Shown here piece after piece: positions 1 through 7,791 of a stretch of 31,619 bases of DNA. The stretch is from Candidatus Aenigmatarchaeota archaeon (GTDB lineage: Archaea > Aenigmatarchaeota > Aenigmatarchaeia > QMZS01). The translations under genes and the position numbers were made by a program. The stretch's first letter is position 1; the number at the start of each line of letters is the position of its first letter. Location: contig JAGGTL010000056.1 of assembly GCA_021163805.1 (NCBI GenBank), positions 1 through 31,619 on the forward strand, read 5' to 3'. The notes under the pieces are model-generated. The model made no database searches and was not told where the DNA came from. It saw only the letters and a list, made by a program, of their open reading frames with translations.

Positions 1-1
1 A

Positions 2-160
2 ATGGATTTCTATAACGCAAATAAATGTATTGTAATAACCAATCAGGATTTTACAATTCAAGCTAAAGAACAAGCAAGAAGAACAAAAAACACAGAATTA
101 TGGAATAAGAGAATTCTACATGAAATGATTAGAAGATATTTTATTGATAAAGATCTCTAA
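2..160 (+). CDS. Mrr-like (type IV) restriction endonuclease, C-terminal fragment, 5' truncated by window edge
   Basis: Frame 2 reads MDFYNANKCIVITNQDFTIQAKEQARRTKNTELWNKRILHEMIRRYFIDKDL*. This matches the recalled Mrr_cat C-terminal pattern Y-x-A-x-x-x-(I/V)-V-T-N-x-x-F-T-x-x-A-x-E-x-A...ELW. Not in the ORF track. Confidence 0.7.
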   Translation: MDFYNANKCIVITNQDFTIQAKEQARRTKNTELWNKRILHEMIRRYFIDKDL

Positions 161-229
161 CATGTTTAGTTATTAATGGATGATTTGAATATAATCAAAG
201 TATTTATACTCTTTTTAATAACTATTATA

Positions 230-460
230 ATGGAAGAATTTAATATTGTAATTGAAAGAGGGGAAGACGAATATTATATAGGCAGTGTTGTAGAGTTGCC
301 TGGTTGCCATTCCCAAGCAAAATCTATAGATAAACTTATGGAAAGAATGAAAGAAGCTATAGAATTATATCTTGAAGTAGAAAGAGATATAAAATCACCG
401 CAATTCATTGGAATCCAAAAACTACGCTTTAAACCTGTTAAACTTCCTTCATCAGCTTAA
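230..460 (+). CDS. hicB: Type II toxin-antitoxin HicB family antitoxin (short form, no DNA-binding domain)
   Basis: MEEFNIVIERGEDEYYIGSVVELPGCHSQAKSIDKLMERMKEAIELYLE is the HicB partial RNase H fold signature (LPGC-x-SQ...EAIELYLE). Start ATG 230 is preferred over 176 because a TATA-like TTTATACT sits about 25 bp upstream. Confidence 0.9.
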   Translation: MEEFNIVIERGEDEYYIGSVVELPGCHSQAKSIDKLMERMKEAIELYLEVERDIKSPQFIGIQKLRFKPVKLPSSA

Positions 461-671
461 CAAATTCTTCTCTTGATAGATTAATTTCTTTTATAATTTT
501 TCTTAGCAAGCTTCTATCAATTTTTTCATTAGGGTGTACTGGAACAACTACTCTCCTACCATCAGGATGTTTTAAAAATACATGACTTCCTTTTTGTCTA
601 ATAATTTGAAACCCAATTTTTGAAAGAATTTTGATTACTTTTATTGCTGGTAAAGGTTTTAGTTTTGTCAT
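438..671 (-). CDS. hicA: Type II toxin-antitoxin HicA family mRNA interferase toxin
   Basis: GFQIIRQKGSHVFLKHPDGRRVVVPVHP...LLRKII contains the HicA GSH catalytic motif and the VPVH motif. ATG 671 is preferred over GTG 683. Confidence 0.92.
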   Translation of the reverse strand: MTKLKPLPAIKVIKILSKIGFQIIRQKGSHVFLKHPDGRRVVVPVHPNEKIDRSLLRKIIKEINLSREEFVKLMKEV

Positions 672-734
672 GATTATTCTCACTATTCGTAATAAGTATA
701 ATAATCATCTATCACTTTATAATAAATGAATTGC

Positions 735-748
735 ATTATCATGATAAT
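735..748. promoter_or_regulatory. Perfect 14-bp palindrome ATTATCATGATAAT upstream of hicA, candidate operator
   Basis: Self-complementary sequence read directly, about 65 bp upstream of the hicA ATG. Function is inferred only. Confidence 0.25.
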
Positions 749-817
749 ATAAATAAATGCTTTATTAAAACTCAGAAAAGATTCAAAAGTATCAATTATA
801 AAAAATTTAAGAAAAAA

Positions 818-1891
818 TCAAACAAACTCGGACAATTTCTTCAAAATTCTTAATTTTCTCTGATCTCCGATTTTTGCGTTCTCAACGGCACTTTTCAGAA
901 TATTTGCCGATTCTCTCATTTCTTTTTTCTGAACCATCCAGGGTTTCCCTGCCTTCGTTCCATAAGCGTAGCAGAATTTTATTGGGTCTTTCCAAGATAA
1001 ATTGGAACCGTAAACCAAATTTGCAACAAAGGCGAGACCTCTCATTGTCGATGGACCAATTCCTTTTGAACACAAGAATTCTTCAAAATTTTTAACATTG
1101 TTTGCAACTTCCATTGCTTTCGCATTTAATTTTTCCGGGAATTTCAAATAGTAAGGCAGTTCAATTATTTTCTTCTCTTTGAAATTGTAAAGATTTGTCT
1201 GGGAAGTTCCTCTGTTTAATTTGAGAAAAGTCTTTGCGGTTTTTTCTCCTTCCCTTGCCAAGTCTAGAATTAATTTCCTTGTTTCTTCTTCATTTTCTTT
1301 TGTCAAGTCCAGAACAATTTTTTCCTTTCTTCCAGCAATGTTGCTCTCCGAAATAGAAGATGGATTAAACCAATGGTATCTTCTCACCATTCCTTCTCTC
1401 AAATTCATTCCCTGATTTATTATTGATGAGTTTCCCTTTTCGTCAAGGAGGAATGAATGGAAATATAAAGAATATGAATCCTGAACAGCAACATTATCAA
1501 CTTTTGAAATTAATTTTGAATTGAAGATTATATTCTTAATTTTTTTGTCACTTAAATTGAATTTTTCTCCCAACCTTTCTAATTCTTTCGGAGTTCCCAA
1601 ACTTTCTTTTCCCTTTCCTCCAGCAATTTCAATTCCCAAGTTTTTATCTTTTATTCCATCTTTTATCGCTTTAATTACAACCGTAGTCATCCCAGAAAAC
1701 TGATATTCGAAACCAAAACAGCAGGCGAGACATTGATACCATAATGGATTTGAAAATCTCCTAATAACCTCCCTTGTTCCAAATTCACTCACTAAAGCCT
1801 CAATTAAAGGTTCTGCCAGCAAAACCATCTCCTTATAATGTGGAATGGGTCCTTGAGCAAGTCTCAATTCAGCAACACCCGTCTTTTGCAT
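818..1891 (-). CDS. DUF763 family protein (divergent)
   Basis: MQKTGVAELRL, FSNPLWYQ...SGMTTVV, GGKGK, SKVDNVAVQDSYSLY, QGMN...RRYHW and WKDPIKF are collinear with recalled DUF763 motifs. Start is set at M26 of the listed ORF. Confidence 0.8.
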   Translation of the reverse strand: MQKTGVAELRLAQGPIPHYKEMVLLAEPLIEALVSEFGTREVIRRFSNPLWYQCLACCFGFEYQFSGMTTVVIKAIKDGIKDKNLGIEIAGGKGKESLGTPKELERLGEKFNLSDKKIKNIIFNSKLISKVDNVAVQDSYSLYFHSFLLDEKGNSSIINQGMNLREGMVRRYHWFNPSSISESNIAGRKEKIVLDLTKENEEETRKLILDLAREGEKTAKTFLKLNRGTSQTNLYNFKEKKIIELPYYLKFPEKLNAKAMEVANNVKNFEEFLCSKGIGPSTMRGLAFVANLVYGSNLSWKDPIKFCYAYGTKAGKPWMVQKKEMRESANILKSAVENAKIGDQRKLRILKKLSEFV

Positions 1892-1929
1892 AAAAATTCT
1901 TTTGCTTAAAATTAGAGTATATTTTAATA

Positions 1930-2481
1930 ATGAAGGGGGATTTATATATAGATTTCGCAGTTGCAATTTTCTTGTTTATTTTTGCATTTGTCTCGATTTT
2001 TTATTATTTTACTTCTCAAATAGATTTAAAAATTCAAACAGAAAAAATGCAGACCGCTAAATTAAAAATCCAAAATCTTTTTGAGTCTCTGCCAAGAGAA
2101 TTGGTTGAAAAAAGAATTATTTTAGTTCCCGGTTCTGGAACAAATGAATTTATAAATCTTTCCAATTATGATATTGATCTAATATTGGATGGAAATAATA
2201 ATGTTATTTGTTTTGACAAAAATTTAAAGGGTTTTGTGGCAAATGTTTCAAACAGCAAATTTTATCTTTACTCAACAAAAGCAAACATAACAAAAAAAAC
2301 TTGTGAAATCCGGAACTTCAGCGACAGAAGGGAAGAAAAAATTTCCTCTCCAATTTATGAAGAGTTTTTTATAAATTTGCCAAATATAAATAAAACGGGA
2401 AATTACTGCGACATAAAACCTGTTTTGATTTTCTCTGGAAACAGGTTGAAGAAAGAAAAGATAAAAATCTGCATCGACTAG
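1930..2481 (+). CDS. Pilin-like or secreted protein with class III-like N-terminus
   Basis: MKG-DLYIDF is followed by a hydrophobic helix (AVAIFLFIFAFVSIFYYF). The gene abuts the pilus platform genes with a 4-bp convergent overlap. Confidence 0.55.
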   Translation: MKGDLYIDFAVAIFLFIFAFVSIFYYFTSQIDLKIQTEKMQTAKLKIQNLFESLPRELVEKRIILVPGSGTNEFINLSNYDIDLILDGNNNVICFDKNLKGFVANVSNSKFYLYSTKANITKKTCEIRNFSDRREEKISSPIYEEFFINLPNINKTGNYCDIKPVLIFSGNRLKKEKIKICID

Positions 2482-3407
2482 AAAACAGCAAATGAAGCCA
2501 GAACAATATATTTAATTATATAAAATATGCTTAAATCTAAAATTATAATTACTGGAATATATTTAATTCCGGCAATTTCTTTTCCTTCCTTTACCAATCC
2601 TATCAGAATGCCCCCAAAGATCGCAGAAAGACACATCACCGAAATAGAATAATGCAAAAGAAACTCCTTTGATAAATTTATATTGGAGAGTGCCAAAGAC
2701 ATTACTCCCGCTTGCAAAGTTTGGGTTGGAAGAATTTCACTCAAACTAATCAGCGTTTCTATTAAAAACAGAGAAGAGGCATACAGCAGTGGTGCTCCTA
2801 TCCCAAGAGCGAGAAAAATAAACATAATATAAGAAGTAACTTGGGCCCTTATCTCATTTTTTAACATCAGAGAACTTTTTATATCATCGGAGAGACCGTC
2901 AAGCAAATTGGCGAGATTTCCTCCCTTTATAATCCCCTCCGAAATCAGAATTACTGTTTTTCTTAAAAGACTCGAATTTATTTTTTCCGGAATTCTATTT
3001 AAAGCGTCTTTAATTTCTTTTCCCAGCATCATGGATTTTCCCGCCTCTTTTATTTGCTCAGAAAGCGGACCAAATTCTGGTCTCGCACTTTCAATAAAGG
3101 CTTTCTCGGGGATTATTCCTGCCCTTAAATTGGAAGAAATAAGTCTCAGGGCATCGGGCAGCATTTCTTCTGCTATTGCTGCTCTTTTATTTGCGAGAAA
3201 AACGAGAGAAATATGTAGAATAACTTCCAGAAGAATTAAAATAAACAGAGCAACAAGAAGTGAGAAAAGGCCTAATAAGATATAAAGAAGAAGTCCTAAA
3301 GAAATAAAAAAAATTGGAAGAAAACAAGCAATTTTTATAAATTTCTCTAATTCTATTTTCAAACCGCTATATTTTATATATTTATCCACCCATTTTGTGT
3401 AATTCAT
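2478..3407 (-). CDS. Type II secretion F-family membrane platform protein (TadC/TadB-like)
   Basis: EEMLPDALRLISSNLRAG, EFGPLSEQI and GGNLANLL motifs, several TM segments, and position downstream of a VirB11-like ATPase. Confidence 0.88.
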   Translation of the reverse strand: MNYTKWVDKYIKYSGLKIELEKFIKIACFLPIFFISLGLLLYILLGLFSLLVALFILILLEVILHISLVFLANKRAAIAEEMLPDALRLISSNLRAGIIPEKAFIESARPEFGPLSEQIKEAGKSMMLGKEIKDALNRIPEKINSSLLRKTVILISEGIIKGGNLANLLDGLSDDIKSSLMLKNEIRAQVTSYIMFIFLALGIGAPLLYASSLFLIETLISLSEILPTQTLQAGVMSLALSNINLSKEFLLHYSISVMCLSAIFGGILIGLVKEGKEIAGIKYIPVIIILDLSIFYIIKYIVLASFAVF

Positions 3408-3408
3408 A

Positions 3409-4239
3409 CTACTCCACCTTTGGCCTCTTTGATTTAACTATTCCCAAAAACATAAACTGAAATACGCTAATGAGAATTAAAATCAAGAAAAGAATTCCGG
3501 AGTTTATCGGAATTCCCGTAAAAAACGATAATATTACCAGAAAGCAGATTCCTATCGAAGGAACAATGATTGCGAATATCATGTAAGCTAAAGCAAAAGT
3601 ATTTAATTGCCCGCCATACATTCTTATTGCAGTTCTGTGTTCTGTTGAAAATTCTTTTACGAGTTCTTCCAGAGTATTTCCTATATCGGAACCGGATTCT
3701 ATTGCATTCACGATCTGCCATAAAACTCTTCTGAAATTTATTGATGGATTTCTAAGCATTACCTCCTCTAAAGCTTTTGTTTCGGGAATACCAACAGATA
3801 TTTTTTTTGTAATCTCTTTAAATTCTTTTGATATTGCCCCGTAATTTCCTTTACTTAGAGATAAAAAAGCGTCATATAAAGGAATGCCGGATCTTATTTC
3901 TACTAACAGAAATCTCAAAGAGAAAAGCAAATTTCTTTCAATATTATTAATTCTTTTCGATACGACCAAATTTGGATAAAGCAAATTATAGAAAAATACC
4001 ATTAAAGACAAAGCAAGAGGAATTAATAATATAAAAGGCAAAAATTTTTCTGGTAATTTTAGAATAACATTAATTGAGAACAATAAAGCAAAACTGATAA
4101 TTGAAAAAAAAACCGAGGTGAGAATGGTTTTGCCTATATAAACTTCCGGATTTATTTTCATTTCTGCCTGTTTTAATCTTATATCTATACTTGGAAAGAG
4201 ATTTATGCATTTTTTCCCTATCTTTTTATATATTTTCAT
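3409..4239 (-). CDS. Type II secretion F-family membrane platform protein (TadB/TadC-like)
   Basis: IERNLLFSLRFLLVEIRSGIPLYDAF, YGAISKEF and SGSDIGNTL motifs, TM segments, and a 4-bp overlap with the ATPase gene. Confidence 0.88.
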   Translation of the reverse strand: MKIYKKIGKKCINLFPSIDIRLKQAEMKINPEVYIGKTILTSVFFSIISFALLFSINVILKLPEKFLPFILLIPLALSLMVFFYNLLYPNLVVSKRINNIERNLLFSLRFLLVEIRSGIPLYDAFLSLSKGNYGAISKEFKEITKKISVGIPETKALEEVMLRNPSINFRRVLWQIVNAIESGSDIGNTLEELVKEFSTEHRTAIRMYGGQLNTFALAYMIFAIIVPSIGICFLVILSFFTGIPINSGILFLILILISVFQFMFLGIVKSKRPKVE

Positions 4240-5690
4240 TTTATTTTCTTTAAAATTTTGTCCGGGCTTTTTGCATAAGAGGAAACAATTTTTCCAACGG
4301 AATTGACATCTCTTATATTTTTTTTAATCATATAATTCAAAACTTTTTCTCTGTTTTTCAATTCTCTCTTAATTTCTCTTTCATTTAATCCCGTGAGCAT
4401 CTTCAATTTGGAAAAACTCTTTTTGCTTTCATGATGCTTACTTAAAAAATCTGTCTTTCTTTCCCATTTGTAAAGTAGGTTTATTTTCTCTGTTTCTATT
4501 GTTTTTCTGAATTGAGGAAGAATTTCCGCAACCTCATATACTCTTCTTATGCCGCTTCTTCTATCTCTATACATAACAACGAGCAAATCAATGGCCTCAA
4601 CCAAATTTTCTGGAACAGAAATTGGAGGGCTAATCAACCGTCTATAAGTTTGTATTGCTGTATCGGCATGTATCGTTGCATAAACACTATGCCCGGTATG
4701 CATCGCTTCAAATAAAACTTCGGCTTCCCGGCTTCTTCTTATTTCTCCAAGGATAATTCTATCTGGTCTCATTCTCAGGGAATTTACAAGCAAATCAAGC
4801 ATTGTTATTTTTCCTTTTCCCTCCTGGTTTGGCTCTCTCGTAACCAAAGGGACCCAGTGCAGGAAATCTGGCAATTTTATCTCTCTCGTATCTTCAATGG
4901 ATAAAATCCTTTGATTTGGCGGAATGAATGGAAGGAGCGTTGTTAAAAAACTTGTCTTTCCGGTTCCAGTTCCTCCAGAAACCAAAATATTTAGTTCATA
5001 ATGGACTGCAAACCACAAAAAAGCTGCAACTTCTGTTGAAATCGTTTTGTTATTAATGAACTCAATTATTGTCCACGGTTCCCGCCTAAATTTTCTGATT
5101 GTTATTGTATTTCCATCATTGGATATGGGAAATAAAGTCGCATTTACTCTGTCGCCATTTGGAAGATGGGCGTCAAGCAATGGATTTAAAATGGTGATCT
5201 GTTTTCCTATTGTTCTTCCAATCATTGCCGCATAATTTGCAATATCCTCCTCCCTTTCAATTTTTATATTCGTAATCACCCAGCCATATTTTTTGTGATA
5301 GACCTGCACAGGCTCTCTGCTTGAGTTTATAACAATTTCTTCCAAATTTGGATCTCTTAAGAGGATTTCTAATTTACCAAAACCCAGCATATCTTGTATT
5401 AATAAAGTCAAAAGATAATTCTTTATTCCAGCTGAAAGATTGGGGAGCAATTTTTTAATTTCTCTTTCCGCTTTCTCTTTGAATTGTTTTTTTAATTTCT
5501 TTCTCTGTTCAAGGGTATCTATTAATTGTATTTTGGATATTAATCTGTTTTTTATTTCTTCATAGATTGCTTCCGTACCTTTATTAAGTTCTGGAAATTT
5601 AATAATATATTCGGGAATGAATCTTTTTCCCTCAGATATTTGGATTTCCATCTCAATATCTTCAAATCCAATCTTATATTTATCTAACAT
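4236..5690 (-). CDS. Type IV pilus/secretion ATPase (VirB11/TadA/CpaF/ArlI family)
   Basis: Walker A SGGTGTGKTS, Asp box IEDTREI, LRMRPDRIILGEIR (Walker B), His box TGHSVYATIHAD. Confidence 0.95.
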   Translation of the reverse strand: MLDKYKIGFEDIEMEIQISEGKRFIPEYIIKFPELNKGTEAIYEEIKNRLISKIQLIDTLEQRKKLKKQFKEKAEREIKKLLPNLSAGIKNYLLTLLIQDMLGFGKLEILLRDPNLEEIVINSSREPVQVYHKKYGWVITNIKIEREEDIANYAAMIGRTIGKQITILNPLLDAHLPNGDRVNATLFPISNDGNTITIRKFRREPWTIIEFINNKTISTEVAAFLWFAVHYELNILVSGGTGTGKTSFLTTLLPFIPPNQRILSIEDTREIKLPDFLHWVPLVTREPNQEGKGKITMLDLLVNSLRMRPDRIILGEIRRSREAEVLFEAMHTGHSVYATIHADTAIQTYRRLISPPISVPENLVEAIDLLVVMYRDRRSGIRRVYEVAEILPQFRKTIETEKINLLYKWERKTDFLSKHHESKKSFSKLKMLTGLNEREIKRELKNREKVLNYMIKKNIRDVNSVGKIVSSYAKSPDKILKKIK

Positions 5691-6591
5691 ATTTAAGCCT
5701 TATTTTTCCAAAATGCCTTTCAATCTTAATTACTTTTTGATTTTCAAGAATTTTTAACCATTCCTCTATTTGTTCTCCATCAACATCCAGTTTTTCTTCC
5801 AATTCTTTCATGCTCGTTTCTCCTTTTTTCAATATATCCAAAAGTCTGTCAACATTTGTTTCTATTTTTTCATTTACTGGTGTTTTTTCGGAAAACAAGT
5901 TTTTTGCAATTTTGTTTAATATTCTCTCCCTCGTAACAACTCCCAAAAATCTATTTCTATCCATAACGGCGAGACAATCTGAATTATGCATCTTCATAAT
6001 TAATATTGCTTTTGATAAATTATCTTGTTTATCTATACTTATAATTTCTCCCATTATATCTTCGGCCTTCAATTTTGAAATTTCTCTTTCTTCTCCCAAT
6101 ATTTTAAATATATCAGATAATTTAATTAATCCAACAATTTTATTTTTTTTGGAAACAAAAATTCCCTTATATTTTTTGTCTAAAAATTTTTTTATAATCT
6201 CCTGGGCGGAAGTTTTTTCATCAACTATTTCTGCCTCTCCCATTGCTTCGGAAACTTTAATCATGTTTAGAATATTTTTTTCTTTTCTCACTACATTGTC
6301 TTTTTTAAAGTCTTCTTTTAACACACTCTCTTTTTTAATTTCTTCTTTTAAATTTGATTTTTCGATTTTCCCGGTAATTTTTTTGTTTGTTTTTTCTTCC
6401 ATCTCCTTCAGTTTCTTTAAAAGATCCTCTGCTCTGTCTTCTGCCAGAGAATACAATCCTATTCTAAAATCGGTTTTTATTATTTTTAATTCTTCTTTTA
6501 TTTTTAATTCTTCTTTTTTTTCCAGAGATAATTTGTTTATTTTATCCTCTATTTCTTCAATTTTTTTGATAATTTGTTTTAAATCAACCAT
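5680..6591 (-). CDS. Coiled-coil + CBS-pair + C-terminal winged-helix protein, first gene of the pilus operon
   Basis: Glu/Lys-rich N-terminus. CBS-like repeats (IVGLIKLSDIF; KAEDIMGEIISIDKQDNLSKAILIM...FLGVVTRERIL). C-terminal ETNVDRLLDILKKGETSMKELEEKLDVDGEQIEEWLKILENQKVIKIE has a wHTH pattern. 11-bp overlap with the ATPase gene. Confidence 0.75.
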   Translation of the reverse strand: MVDLKQIIKKIEEIEDKINKLSLEKKEELKIKEELKIIKTDFRIGLYSLAEDRAEDLLKKLKEMEEKTNKKITGKIEKSNLKEEIKKESVLKEDFKKDNVVRKEKNILNMIKVSEAMGEAEIVDEKTSAQEIIKKFLDKKYKGIFVSKKNKIVGLIKLSDIFKILGEEREISKLKAEDIMGEIISIDKQDNLSKAILIMKMHNSDCLAVMDRNRFLGVVTRERILNKIAKNLFSEKTPVNEKIETNVDRLLDILKKGETSMKELEEKLDVDGEQIEEWLKILENQKVIKIERHFGKIRLKYVR

Positions 6592-6697
6592 AATTCTAAT
6601 TATAATAATTATTATGAAACATAACTCGTTTTCTGTTTACCCGATAAATGCTGGATTAAATTCAATTGCAAAGAGGTTTAATCAACAAAAAACTTGC

Positions 6698-7090
6698 ATG
6701 AAGGGACAGGTTTCTGTTGAATTATTGATCATTATAGGAATAGGTGTGGGAATAATATCTCTATACATTATTTATAGTTATAATGCTCTTTATTCCTACA
6801 AAGTAAATAATGATGTTTCTCTGGTAAAAAGTTCTCTTGAAAAAATTGCTGAAACTGCAAATGATGTCGCATTTCAGGGAGAACCTGCAAAACAGAAAAT
6901 AAATATTTGTTTTCCTTTGATCCTAAAAAACTGCTCGATAGTCAACAAAACCTTGTCCTGTTCTTTGAACAATGGAAAAGAAATCCATCAGGATTCAAAA
7001 ATTAATTTAAATGGAACTCTTCCCGGTTCTGGATGCTGGGATTTGATTTTGGAAGCAAAGAATGGTTTTGTAAACATTACAATATCATGA
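6698..7090 (+). CDS. Archaeal pilin-like protein with class III signal peptide (KG/QxSxE)
   Basis: MKGQVSVELLIIIGIGVGIISLYIIYS. This is the coding 3' part of the listed 5810..7090 ORF. An alternative ATG at 6614 is possible. Confidence 0.8.
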   Translation: MKGQVSVELLIIIGIGVGIISLYIIYSYNALYSYKVNNDVSLVKSSLEKIAETANDVAFQGEPAKQKINICFPLILKNCSIVNKTLSCSLNNGKEIHQDSKINLNGTLPGSGCWDLILEAKNGFVNITIS

Positions 7091-7455
7091 AAGGTCAATC
7101 ATCTGTAGAATTTTTAATTCTTATCGGCATTTTGAGTTTAATTTTTGCAATTTTGATTAATTATCCGGGGGGATATCTATTTTATTCGGACAAATTAAAA
7201 ATTGAGAAGGAATACAAAGATATTTGCATTCAGATCAAGAATGAAATCGAAAATGCTTTGGAGACAGGACCTTTTTATAACAGAACATTTTATCTTCCAT
7301 CGGGAAATTACAATGCTTCGATCAGCAACTATGAAATTAAAGTTAGTTATAGCGACGGAGAAAAAATCTGCTTTATTCCGGTAAATATTTCGGCTAATCT
7401 CAGCAAGGGAGAAAACAGAATAATATACAATGAAAGCGGAGTATTTATTAAGTAA
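7087..7455 (+). CDS. Archaeal pilin-like protein with class III signal peptide (KG/QxSxE)
   Basis: MKGQSSVEFLILIGILSLIFAILINY. ATGA start/stop overlap with the upstream pilin at 7087-7090. Confidence 0.82.
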   Translation: MKGQSSVEFLILIGILSLIFAILINYPGGYLFYSDKLKIEKEYKDICIQIKNEIENALETGPFYNRTFYLPSGNYNASISNYEIKVSYSDGEKICFIPVNISANLSKGENRIIYNESGVFIK

Positions 7456-7726
7456 AGCTTTTTTTATTGGTCGCATTTGAATAAATGCTTGTTTGCTTCA
7501 AAAATAGTGGCTTTATTTATAAGGTAAGAAAAATTGAAAAGCATATCTGCTTGGGCAGTTGAAATTTTAAGATGCTCTATGCGGTTTGAAAATATTTTGA
7601 GAATTCGGTGATTAAATTTTTGAATGACTATTGCAAAACAAATGATGCCTCGTTTTAGAGAAAATAGAGGAAATCTTTTTTTTTGGCAATGTTTCAGAAA
7701 ACTCTTCAAAAATAAAATTAGAATTT

Positions 7727-7748
7727 TTTTTGATTTGGAAGATTTTTG
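7727..7748 (+). repeat. 22-bp direct repeat copy 1 (TTTTTGATTTGGAAGATTTTTG); copy 2 at 9134..9155
   Basis: Exact match read in the sequence. The two copies flank the ATPase gene at 7792..9156. Confidence 0.7.
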
Positions 7749-7791
7749 GAGGGAGTATTTAAAGTTTAAATATAATTTAAATTATATAATT

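Noticed and set aside
874-1703. Several 60-73 aa ORFs overlapping DUF763, and similar short ORFs inside the ATPase, glyA, gltX, lig, nrdJ and thrS genes
   Set aside because: All lie within well-supported longer genes on another frame or strand and show no motifs, so they are treated as shadow ORFs.
5810-6697. Long + strand ORF (5' part of the 426-aa ORF) antisense to the CBS-wH gene
   Set aside because: Shadow frame. In this register stops arise only from Tyr/His/Gln codons on the coding strand, which are scarce in that Lys/Glu/Ile-rich protein. The translation is Phe/Ser/Ile low-complexity, and only the part from MKGQ (6698) looks real.
7464-7709. 81-aa minus-strand ORF in the gap before the ATPase
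   Set aside because: No recognisable motif or start signal, so it cannot be supported as a gene.
7624-7791. 56-aa N-terminal extension of the ATPase ORF
   Set aside because: The family normally starts at the F(I/V)DRxxEL motif, and an AT-rich TATA-like region lies just before ATG 7792. The only notable content is the 22-bp repeat reported separately.
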